Positions 9,035 through 17,695 of a stretch of 32,004 nucleotides of DNA are shown here, piece by piece. The stretch lies in the sequence record SRR20825019_448. One strand, given 5' to 3'. Position 1 is the first letter of the stretch; the number at the start of each line of letters is the position of its first letter. The notes below the pieces were generated by a model. That model was not told the origin of the DNA and searched no databases. It saw only the letters and a list, made by a program, of their open reading frames with translations. A program made the translations under genes and the position numbers.

Positions 9035-10246
9035 ATGCACCTTCGCAGAGAAAATACGCTTGGTTTGGCGCTTCTTTTGGGAAGTGTTGTGGCACTAATG
9101 CCGCTGGCGATCGACATGTATCTGCCAGCTTTCAGCGCGATTGGCGCTTTTTTTGATACACCTCAGTCCCAGGTCGAGCTGTCACTTACCGTTTATTTCA
9201 TTGGTGTAGCACTTGGCCAGCTCGTCTATGGCCCGCTTGCTGACCGCTACGGTCGCCGCAAACCGCTTCTGTTTGGCCTCACCATCTCTGCCCTTAGCTC
9301 GCTAGCCTGCGCCACAGTATCCACGATCGAGGGTTTGATAGCGCTTCGTTTCCTGCAGGCCTTTGGTATGTGTGCCGGCGGTGTTATCTCGCGCGCCATC
9401 GTCCGGGATATGTTCGAGCCCACGGATGTGGCGCGCTTCTTCTCGCTTCTGATGCTGGTGATGGGGGTGGCGCCGATCCTCGCGCCTATATTCGGCGCGC
9501 AGATCAGCCTGCATTTCGGCTGGCAGATGATCTTCTATCTCATCGCCGCAGTGAGCTTTATCGATCTACTGGCTGTGATGTTCCTGCTGCCTGAAACCCA
9601 CCGGCCCAACCCGGGGGTGCGCCTGACCGCGACCTTCAGTACCTACCGCGATATTCTGCGCGACCGTCATTTTGTCGGCTACGCCATGTCAGGCGGAGCA
9701 GCGTTTTCGTCGATGTTTGCCTATATCACCGGCTCAGCATTCGTATTGATCGAATATTACGGTGTGGCGCCAGAGAACTTCGGTTTTATCTTTGGCGCAA
9801 ACGCGGCTGGTTTCATCATCATGAGCCAGGTTAATCGTGCGCTTCTCAAGCGGTACAGCTATCACGCCATTTTCCACACGGGGCTTAAAGTGCTCGTGGG
9901 GGCGGGTGTTCTGCTCGCCATTGGTGGCGTCATTGGCGTTCCCTTGCCGCTCTTCCTCATACCACTGTTTGTATTTATCGCCTCGTTGGGCGTTATATCA
10001 CCCAACAGCATGGCAGGAGCACTCGCAGGCGAAGGCAGACGCGCAGGCGCAGCCTCAGCGCTTGGCGGGGCCTTGCAGTTCTCCCTGTCTTTCATTTTCT
10101 CCGGCGCTGTCGGTATTGTGCACGCTACTTCGCCGATGCCCATGTGCCTGATCATGCTGTCAGGCGCGATAATCGCGCTTTTGTTTGCACGAATGACAAA
10201 TGGGCCAAAACGCCTGGATGATGCTCCAGCAGCGCCTCAACCATGA
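9035..10246 (+). CDS. Bcr/CflA family MFS efflux transporter
   Basis: PLAIDMYLPA, motif A GPLADRYGRRK, RAIVRD, APILAP, LPET, many TM segments. Start ATG 9035 is inferred. Confidence 0.9.
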   Translation: MHLRRENTLGLALLLGSVVALMPLAIDMYLPAFSAIGAFFDTPQSQVELSLTVYFIGVALGQLVYGPLADRYGRRKPLLFGLTISALSSLACATVSTIEGLIALRFLQAFGMCAGGVISRAIVRDMFEPTDVARFFSLLMLVMGVAPILAPIFGAQISLHFGWQMIFYLIAAVSFIDLLAVMFLLPETHRPNPGVRLTATFSTYRDILRDRHFVGYAMSGGAAFSSMFAYITGSAFVLIEYYGVAPENFGFIFGANAAGFIIMSQVNRALLKRYSYHAIFHTGLKVLVGAGVLLAIGGVIGVPLPLFLIPLFVFIASLGVISPNSMAGALAGEGRRAGAASALGGALQFSLSFIFSGAVGIVHATSPMPMCLIMLSGAIIALLFARMTNGPKRLDDAPAAPQP

Positions 10247-10274
10247 AAAAGGGCGGCCAATGTGCCGCCCTCTT
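10246..10274. terminator. Probable bidirectional terminator
   Basis: AGGGCGGC/GCCGCCCT stem with an A-tract on the left, between convergent genes. Confidence 0.7.
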
Positions 10275-10300
10275 CGTACTGAATCTGAAATACTTTTTAC

Positions 10301-11746
10301 TTAAGCGGCAAAATAGGTAAAGACATGAAAAAGCCCGGCGGACAATAGCGCCGACGCGGGCACCGTAATCACCCACGCAGCCACAATGGTCAACAACTCA
10401 CGGCGGCGCACAAGGCGGCGACGTTCACGCTTTTTCTTCTCGGATGTTGTTTTGGCTTTTTTGTTCGGCCGGGTGGAAAGAAACTCTCGCAAAAATCCAA
10501 CACCAAACACTCCACCCACTGCAATATGGGTGGAGGAAACAGGCAGACCAAGCCAACTGGCGGCAATCACCGTGATCGCCGCAGAAAGCGCCACACAAAA
10601 GGCCCGCATCTGGTTGAGCTTGGTGATCTTCTCACCCACCGTGCGGATAAGTTTGGGGCCATAAAGCAGAAGCCCTATAGAGATACCAATCGCGCCAATA
10701 ACCATGACCCAAAGCGGCAGTGCCACCTTGCCCGTGCCCATATCGGCGCTGCTGGCTGCACTCACAATTGCGGCAAGAGGCCCCACGGCGTTCGCCACGT
10801 CGTTGGCACCGTGTGCGAACGATAGAAGGGCCGCAGAACATATCAGTGGCACCGTAAATAGTTTCGCGACCGACTTGCGGCGGTTCTCCAGCCCATAGGA
10901 TGCTTTGGCGACCAACGGCTTGGTGCCAGCCCATGTAAGCGCGGCGCTGCCAAAGCCGATCAGCCACAACATGCCGATGCCTGGCACCCATAGTTTCTTG
11001 AGGCCTTTCATCACCAGATACATGGAAAAAGCGCCCGCCATGATGCCAACAAAAACCGGCACCCATGTGCGGGAAGCCTCAAGCATATCGTCTTTTGCCA
11101 ATATCAGGCGTTTGATCATGAAAAGGAACAGCGCCGCCACAATACCACCAAGAAGGGGAGAGATAACCCAGCTGGCGGCAATCGCACTCATCTTCGTCCA
11201 GTCAATGCTGTCCATACCGGCAGCCGCCACACCTGCGCCAACAACACCACCAACAATTGAGTGCGTGGTAGAAACAGGCGCGCCAAGCCAAGTCGCGAGG
11301 TTCAGCCACAGCGCGGCCGCCAGAAGCGCCCCCATCATGGCCCAGATGAAAGTCATCTGATCTGTCATCGCGCTTGGGTCTACAATGCCCTTGCGGATTG
11401 TGGAGACAACATCGCCACCCGCAAGGATCGCACCCGCCGCCTCAAAGGTCGCAGCAATAATCAGTGCACCAAACATGGTCAGCGCCTTTGAACCAACGGC
11501 CGGGCCGATATTGTTGGCCACGTCGTTCGCGCCAATGTTCATCGCCATATAGGCGCCGATCACAGCGGCGGCGACGATAAACATTCCCGTTGGGTTACCG
11601 GTCTGCGTCAGAGCGGTGTAGATAAGCACGAGGACAAGAAAGACCGTCGCCATGCCTAAATTGGCAAATTGACGCCCCTGTGCACGCGCGCCGGCACTGA
11701 ACTGCTGTACCTTCTCCAGGTCGACGTTGACCTTATGCTTTTCCAT
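10301..11746 (-). CDS. PiT family inorganic phosphate transporter
   Basis: Two GANDVAN signatures plus PVSTTHS and PVSSTH. Start ATG 11746 is inferred. Confidence 0.9.
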   Translation of the reverse strand: MEKHKVNVDLEKVQQFSAGARAQGRQFANLGMATVFLVLVLIYTALTQTGNPTGMFIVAAAVIGAYMAMNIGANDVANNIGPAVGSKALTMFGALIIAATFEAAGAILAGGDVVSTIRKGIVDPSAMTDQMTFIWAMMGALLAAALWLNLATWLGAPVSTTHSIVGGVVGAGVAAAGMDSIDWTKMSAIAASWVISPLLGGIVAALFLFMIKRLILAKDDMLEASRTWVPVFVGIMAGAFSMYLVMKGLKKLWVPGIGMLWLIGFGSAALTWAGTKPLVAKASYGLENRRKSVAKLFTVPLICSAALLSFAHGANDVANAVGPLAAIVSAASSADMGTGKVALPLWVMVIGAIGISIGLLLYGPKLIRTVGEKITKLNQMRAFCVALSAAITVIAASWLGLPVSSTHIAVGGVFGVGFLREFLSTRPNKKAKTTSEKKKRERRRLVRRRELLTIVAAWVITVPASALLSAGLFHVFTYFAA

Positions 11747-11805
11747 AAACCAGCCCTTCCTGATTTGCGGCCCCCAACTACCGCCCATTTCGGCCTTATA
11801 ACAGC

Positions 11806-11834
11806 GTGACACAAAAATGTAATGAAAATGTCAC
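11806..11834. promoter_or_regulatory. Pho-box-like 11-bp-periodic repeats upstream of the PiT gene
   Basis: GTGACAC-AAAA-ATGTAAT-GAAA-ATGTCAC resembles the PhoB CTGTCAT-N4 repeats. Confidence 0.5.
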
Positions 11835-11852
11835 ATGATCTGGCCTACACGC

Positions 11853-11878
11853 AAAAAAGGCGGCCAAAGCCGCCTTTT
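11853..11878 (-). terminator. Intrinsic terminator after TBDR 1
   Basis: AAAAGGCGGC-CAAA-GCCGCCTTTT. Confidence 0.8.
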
Positions 11879-11901
11879 CCCAACATTTTTAAGTCGCGTC
11901 C

Positions 11902-14451
11902 CTAGTAGCGGAAGCGCAGTGTAAGGCCGTAGGTACGCGGGTCACCGATATAGGCATTAAGGCTACCGCCCGGAATAGTCGAATCAAACGTATCAAGCAC
12001 ATAAGCCTCATTGAGGAGGTTACGCGCCCAAAGCTGGAGCGACCATGCACCGTCAATATCACCTACGCCCATGCTGGCACCAACAAGCGCGTAGCTGTCC
12101 TGGCTTTGGCGGTCATCTTGCGCAACAGACAGGCGAGCCGTGCTGTTGTAGAAGAGCTCACCCCGCACAAACATTTCCAGATCGTCATTGATTGGACGAC
12201 GATAGGTTGCCGTTGCGTTACCAGAGAATTTTGGCGTTTCAGACAGGCGTGAGCCAGACAAGTCCTGTAGCGGACGAAGGATGCCACCACCCTCAGGCTC
12301 AGCAAATGTACAGCCCGATGTGTCATGCGCAGGGCATGGGCCATTCGGGAAGTTCTTGTATTCCGCTTTCCAGAGCCAGGTGAAACCACCAGTCAACAGA
12401 AGCTCAGGTGTTGCCTGGAACTTGCCGTCGAACTCAAGGCCCTGCGCCGCAGCATCAACGTTACCCGGCACAAAGCTTGAGCCCGTGAAGATGTTTTCCT
12501 GGAAACCGTCAATGCTTTGGTCAAACACTGCGAAATCAAGGCTCATTCGGTTATCAAGAAGGCGTGCTTTCAGGCCCGCTTCCCATGAGGTTGCAATTTC
12601 CTTATCAAACTGGAAATCACCTACGCGAGCTGCTGCACTATCAAGCGCAAACCCACCGGCTTTATAACCACGGGAATAGCTCGCATAAACCGCCAGGTCG
12701 TCATTGACCTGATAGTTGGCGATGATGTTGCCGGAGAAGTTATCATCCGAAAAACTATCGTTCACGTTCGCAGCTGGCGGGAAGAACTGAAGCCCCGTCA
12801 GGCCAAGAAGTGGATTAAAGTCCGGGTTGGTCGCCACAGCACTTGCTTGCGCCGTTGCTGTCGGGATTACCGTACTCTGGATAACTTCTGGCGGCACACC
12901 ACCTGCCTGTGCTTGAGCAACCGCCTGCTGCACCGCTTGACCGACAAAAATTTCCACGAAATCAAGCGCCGCAAATGGGTCGTCGATCACGATATCCGAA
13001 TCCATGGATTTCTTGTCGTGCGTATAACGAAGGCCACCTGTCAGGGTTAGTTGATCAGATACATGCCAATCTACCTGCACAAACGCACTGTAGCTTTCGT
13101 TCTTCTGGTTGAAGAGGCCTTGCAGTTGGCCGGAACCGTTAGCGAGGAAATAGCCCGATGGTGCGCCAAGGCCAGCTTCAAGCTGGCTGACCGCGCCACC
13201 TGTCAGGATATCCGCGAACGGACGAAGGCCGGGGCCCTGTACTGTCTGGTTGTCGGCTGACAGGTCTTGATTGTAGTAATAAACGCCCGCCATCCATTCA
13301 AACGGACCGTCTGTATTGGAGGTCAGACGAATTTCCTGCGTGAACGTATCATAATCCTGATCCAGAACACGGCGCTTGTTGAGCTGAAGGTCTGAGAAAT
13401 CGGCATCAATGTCCTGCAGCTCGCGGTAGCCGCGGAACGCAGAGATCGATGTCAGTGTAAAACTTTCAAAATCAATGTCGATCTGGCCGGATACACCGTA
13501 TGATTCCAGATTCCCAACAACCACTTCACCATCAATAGTGGTCTGGCGGTCCTTGATATCTGGGGCCCCATTGATGTCGGAGCCAAGTACTGTAAGCGCT
13601 TGTTGTGAACCAGCAGCCACTAGATAGAACGGCGCCGCACAGCATTCTTCATTGAGGTCGCTATAGTCTGCAATAATGCGAACGCTTGTGCTGTCTGTTG
13701 GCTCAAACAGTATTTGCCCGCGCAGGCCATACCGATCACGCTCGTTCAGCTTGCGGCCATCAGCGTTGTCAATCGTACCATCACGCTTGTTGACGTTAAC
13801 GTCGAGGCGCATGGCAAGCGTGTCTTCCTGTAGCGGAATATTGACAGCAGCCTTACCAACCTTGGCGTCATAGTTGCCATAGGTCAGCTCGCCCTCAACC
13901 TCAAAGTCATAATGCGGCGCTTTGGTCACATAATTGATCACGCCCGCAGACGTGTTTTTACCAAAGAGCGTGGACTGGGGCCCACGCAACACTTCAATGC
14001 GCTCGATGCCCAGGAAGTCGTTGACCGATGCACCGTTTCTGGAGCGATAAACGCCGTCAACAAACACACCAACAGCAGGCTCAAGCCCGAAGTTGAAGGT
14101 GGACGAACCGATACCGCGAACGGAGAAACTTGTGTTGGATGCCGATGCGCGCTGCACAATCTGCAGGCTGGGCACCAATGTTTGCAGCGCCGTGAGGTCA
14201 CGCGCCTGCGCGAGCGACATGGTGCTGCCGCCAATTGCCGACACCGCGACCGGTGTTTCGAGGATGGTTGCTTCCCGCTTCTGGGCAGTCACCAAAATCT
14301 CCTCAAGCGCGAAGGAGACATCACTATCTTGATTATCCTGCGCAACCGCAGCGCCCGTTACCATCATCGCTCCGGCAAGTGTTCCGGTAGCAACTGAAAG
14401 CATAAGTTGAGCGCGACGACGAGACGCACCTTGTCCATACTTGAAATTCAT
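11902..14451 (-). CDS. TonB-dependent receptor 1
   Basis: Signal peptide, TonB box region LEEILVTAQKR, plug motifs VGVFVDGVY and IEVLRGPQSTLFGKN, C-terminal PRTYGLTLRFRY. Confidence 0.95.
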   Translation of the reverse strand: MNFKYGQGASRRRAQLMLSVATGTLAGAMMVTGAAVAQDNQDSDVSFALEEILVTAQKREATILETPVAVSAIGGSTMSLAQARDLTALQTLVPSLQIVQRASASNTSFSVRGIGSSTFNFGLEPAVGVFVDGVYRSRNGASVNDFLGIERIEVLRGPQSTLFGKNTSAGVINYVTKAPHYDFEVEGELTYGNYDAKVGKAAVNIPLQEDTLAMRLDVNVNKRDGTIDNADGRKLNERDRYGLRGQILFEPTDSTSVRIIADYSDLNEECCAAPFYLVAAGSQQALTVLGSDINGAPDIKDRQTTIDGEVVVGNLESYGVSGQIDIDFESFTLTSISAFRGYRELQDIDADFSDLQLNKRRVLDQDYDTFTQEIRLTSNTDGPFEWMAGVYYYNQDLSADNQTVQGPGLRPFADILTGGAVSQLEAGLGAPSGYFLANGSGQLQGLFNQKNESYSAFVQVDWHVSDQLTLTGGLRYTHDKKSMDSDIVIDDPFAALDFVEIFVGQAVQQAVAQAQAGGVPPEVIQSTVIPTATAQASAVATNPDFNPLLGLTGLQFFPPAANVNDSFSDDNFSGNIIANYQVNDDLAVYASYSRGYKAGGFALDSAAARVGDFQFDKEIATSWEAGLKARLLDNRMSLDFAVFDQSIDGFQENIFTGSSFVPGNVDAAAQGLEFDGKFQATPELLLTGGFTWLWKAEYKNFPNGPCPAHDTSGCTFAEPEGGGILRPLQDLSGSRLSETPKFSGNATATYRRPINDDLEMFVRGELFYNSTARLSVAQDDRQSQDSYALVGASMGVGDIDGAWSLQLWARNLLNEAYVLDTFDSTIPGGSLNAYIGDPRTYGLTLRFRY

Positions 14452-14678
14452 ACTTCCCTCCCTTGGACCTTTAACCGGTGCCCTGCTGGCTTCCTTACAC
14501 CGGTTTGGAGCAATACTGCCTCTCGATTTACGTGCACGTCAAGCGGTGCGGCGCTCACTTTTTCGCAATTGAGACACCAGTGTCACCACTGAAACACACC
14601 TTACTTTATGACGTTTTTTTTAAAGCTGGCTCTAAGGTCAAGATTCCGTAACGGAAATTTAAGGGGAGGAAGGAACAC

Positions 14679-14705
14679 AAAAAGAATAAGGCGGCCGAAG
14701 CCGCC
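14679..14705 (-). terminator. Probable intrinsic terminator after TBDR 2
   Basis: GGCGGC-CGAA-GCCGCC with an A-rich tract on the left (U-tract on the minus strand). Confidence 0.65.
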
Positions 14706-14739
14706 CCAAAAAAAATTTAAGTCCCCTTTATACCAAAGT

Positions 14740-17337
14740 CTAAAAATCGAGGCTCAGGGTCAGGCCATAGGTTCGTGGATCGTTGGGGTAGCCGTTGTAA
14801 CTTCCCGATTGCGCCACGGAATCAAAGATAAGCTGGAGATAATTCTCGTTGGTAATGTTCTTGGCCCATGCAGACAGGCGCCAGCGATTATCTTCACCTC
14901 CTTCAATGCCGATGCTGGCATTCAGGATGAATGTGCTGGGCATATCGCCAAACGGGTCAAGGTCACCGGCAACGTTTCGCTCGCCCCTATAATAGGCTTC
15001 ACCCTGAATAAACCCGAGCATGTTGTCCCCAATTGGCTGGGTATATGTTGCCGTGGATGTCATCGTCCATTTAGGCGCATCAGCGAGGCGAGTGCCCGTG
15101 AGGTCGGCCGCTCCCGTATAAGCCGCGTTGGTCGGGTCACACGATGGCTGCGGATTGGTTACCCGGCACGGCCCCCCCACAAATGAGGTATAGGTGGCGT
15201 CACTATAGGCGGCGGCAAATGTCCAGTTCAAATTCTCGGTTAGCGCGAACTGGCTATCAACTTCAATACCCTTGATGCGGATCGAACCAGCGTTCCTGAG
15301 TTCAAAGCCAAGGCCAGTGAAGATGTTGGACTGGAAGTCATCAACCTTTTGACTATAGGCCGCGATATTGACCTGTGCCCGCCTGTCCCAGAAACGGATT
15401 TTTGCACCCAGTTCCCAGGCATCCACAGTCTCGGGTTCAAACTCATAGGTGTTGGTATCGCCTGCGTTACTGGTAGCAGCAGCGCGGGAAGTGTCAAAAC
15501 CGCCAGCCTTATAACCGCGTGAGAAGCTGAAATATGTATTCAGGTCATCGTTCCAGTCATACGCAAGGATAACGTTACCCGTGAGCTTGTCTTCCGAGCG
15601 AGACCGGTCAAAATCGTTGCGCGGCGGGAAGAACTGGAGCGCCGCAAAACCACCAAACGGGTTGGCAAAATTTGGGTCCGAGATTGTCTGATTGAGGAGC
15701 GCCATTGCTGTCGGAAACGGTACGCCGGCCCCAAGAACTTGTGCAAGGAATATAGCGTTATAAACATTGCCAAGGTCAGGTGCCCCGTTGGCGTCAAACA
15801 CGTCTGTGAAATTCAGTGCTGCGAACGGGTCATCGATGTTGAAAACACCGGTCGCATCTTTCTTCTCTTTGGTGTAGCGCAGGCCGCCTGTCAGGGTCAG
15901 TTGATCAGTGATGTGCACATCAACTTGCCCAAAAGCCGCCCAGCTGCTTGAAGCTGTATCAAACTTCTCCTGCACCATGCCGCCTTCTTCGGCGAAATAG
16001 GTGCCCACCGGCACCGGCGCTGGCCACAGGCCACCACCCGCGAGGGCAGACAGGGTCAGTTCAAGTCCGGTGATATTATCAAAGCCCGGCACAAAAGCAT
16101 CGGAGCCCGCCAGTATGCTGAAGAAATCCCGGTTGTCAGCGCCGTAAGGCACCTTGTCTGTCGCGTCCAGGTTTTGCTTGGAATAGAAACCGCCAACGAG
16201 CCAGTCCACCCGGTTGTCGCCCGTGGATGCAAGCCGGATTTCCTGGGTGAAGATATCCACTTTGGTAAGCTCGCCGTTTCGTTTGATCAGGTCGGCTTGA
16301 GTGAAGTCAGCATCGAAGTTGGCGTCGGATTCAAAATCCCTGTAAGCGGAGATGGACGTCAGCTCAGCAGAGCCCAGGTCCCATTTCAACTCACCTGAAA
16401 CACCAAAATCTTTCATGGCGTTAAGCATCACACCGTTGAAAGCAGTTTTGCGCTCATAGGGGTCAGGTGGCACGATCTCAAAACCAAGGGCCGCGACAGC
16501 AGCCATGGTTGGCCCGTGCTCAATGAAGGGTGCCGCACAGCAAGCTTCATTGATTTCCGAATAGTCCCCAATCAGGCGGAAGGAGATAGCATCTGAAGGC
16601 TCCAACAACAGTTGGCCGCGCACGGCCCAACGGTCTCGGTCGTTTACGTCACGGCCGTCGCTTACATTTTCAATAAAGCCGTCGCGCTTGTTCACATTGG
16701 CCGAAAGCCTGAACGCTGCCTTGTCCTCTGCTATCGGCCCCGTCACCGTGCCCTTGAGGATAATCTGGTCATAGTTGCCGTACGAAACCTCGGCCTTGCC
16801 GCCAAATTCATATTCTGGCGACTTGGTCACAAAGGAGATTACGCCCGCAGACGTGTTTTTCCCAAAAAGCGTGGACTGCGGGCCGCGCAGGACCTCGACC
16901 CGTTCAACCGAGAGAAAATCGCCAATGGCGGCCCCTGTACGGGAACGGTAAATGCCGTCCACATAGATGCCCACCGAGGGCTCAAGCCCCGGGTTGAAGC
17001 CTGAGGTGCCAATACCGCGAATGTTAACCACCGTCTGGAAAGACGCAGCGGCTTGCGTGGTGTTCATGGCAGGCACTGCCATCATCAGGTCACGAACGTC
17101 GCGGATGTTGGATTTTTCGAGTGTTTCGCCGGTGTAGGCGCTGACGGCAATCGGTACGTCCTGAAGTGTCTTGGCGCGCTTTTGCGCCGTTACCAGGATT
17201 TCTTCCAGCGTGAAACCGCCGTCACTATCCTGATTGTCCTGTGCAAGCACCTGACCAGAAAAGCCAAGCGCTACCGCACCGATAGCAACCGAATGCAGCA
17301 GATGGGCACGCAGCGCGCGCCGTGTATAAACCTTCAT
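14740..17337 (-). CDS. TonB-dependent receptor 2 (paralog of receptor 1)
   Basis: LEEILVTAQKR, VEVLRGPQSTLFGKN, C-terminal PRTYGLTLSLDF. ATG 17337 follows the SD-like GGGGAGA. Confidence 0.95.
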   Translation of the reverse strand: MKVYTRRALRAHLLHSVAIGAVALGFSGQVLAQDNQDSDGGFTLEEILVTAQKRAKTLQDVPIAVSAYTGETLEKSNIRDVRDLMMAVPAMNTTQAAASFQTVVNIRGIGTSGFNPGLEPSVGIYVDGIYRSRTGAAIGDFLSVERVEVLRGPQSTLFGKNTSAGVISFVTKSPEYEFGGKAEVSYGNYDQIILKGTVTGPIAEDKAAFRLSANVNKRDGFIENVSDGRDVNDRDRWAVRGQLLLEPSDAISFRLIGDYSEINEACCAAPFIEHGPTMAAVAALGFEIVPPDPYERKTAFNGVMLNAMKDFGVSGELKWDLGSAELTSISAYRDFESDANFDADFTQADLIKRNGELTKVDIFTQEIRLASTGDNRVDWLVGGFYSKQNLDATDKVPYGADNRDFFSILAGSDAFVPGFDNITGLELTLSALAGGGLWPAPVPVGTYFAEEGGMVQEKFDTASSSWAAFGQVDVHITDQLTLTGGLRYTKEKKDATGVFNIDDPFAALNFTDVFDANGAPDLGNVYNAIFLAQVLGAGVPFPTAMALLNQTISDPNFANPFGGFAALQFFPPRNDFDRSRSEDKLTGNVILAYDWNDDLNTYFSFSRGYKAGGFDTSRAAATSNAGDTNTYEFEPETVDAWELGAKIRFWDRRAQVNIAAYSQKVDDFQSNIFTGLGFELRNAGSIRIKGIEVDSQFALTENLNWTFAAAYSDATYTSFVGGPCRVTNPQPSCDPTNAAYTGAADLTGTRLADAPKWTMTSTATYTQPIGDNMLGFIQGEAYYRGERNVAGDLDPFGDMPSTFILNASIGIEGGEDNRWRLSAWAKNITNENYLQLIFDSVAQSGSYNGYPNDPRTYGLTLSLDF

Positions 17338-17631
17338 GGTAATCTCCCCAGATTTTCCCCATAGCCCCGCCTTGGCCGGTCCCAAGTCAAATCTCCGCAC
17401 GTTCTGGCAAACATGATGGCAGGAGTAGACCTCAATACCATTTTAAGGCAGTTCATTAAAATGATTTACCTCGAATGACAAAAGGTCAAGAAAAAGCACG
17501 CATAAAACTTAAGTTTCCGATCACCCGCCGTGCGTGTGTTGCACCTATACCATTGATTCAGGGCATGTTTTTAAGAGCGCGATAATTTCAGGTTTTTATT
17601 ACCGCATGCTTGGCTTGTATCACTGCCGCCC

Positions 17632-17660
17632 AAAAAAGAAGGGCAGCGATGCTGCCCTTC
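17632..17660 (-). terminator. Intrinsic terminator after TBDR 3
   Basis: GAAGGGCAGC-GAT-GCTGCCCTTC with a left A-tract. Confidence 0.75.
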
Positions 17661-17695
17661 TCGTGGTTATTTTGCTTTGTATCAAGCGTGTCTGA

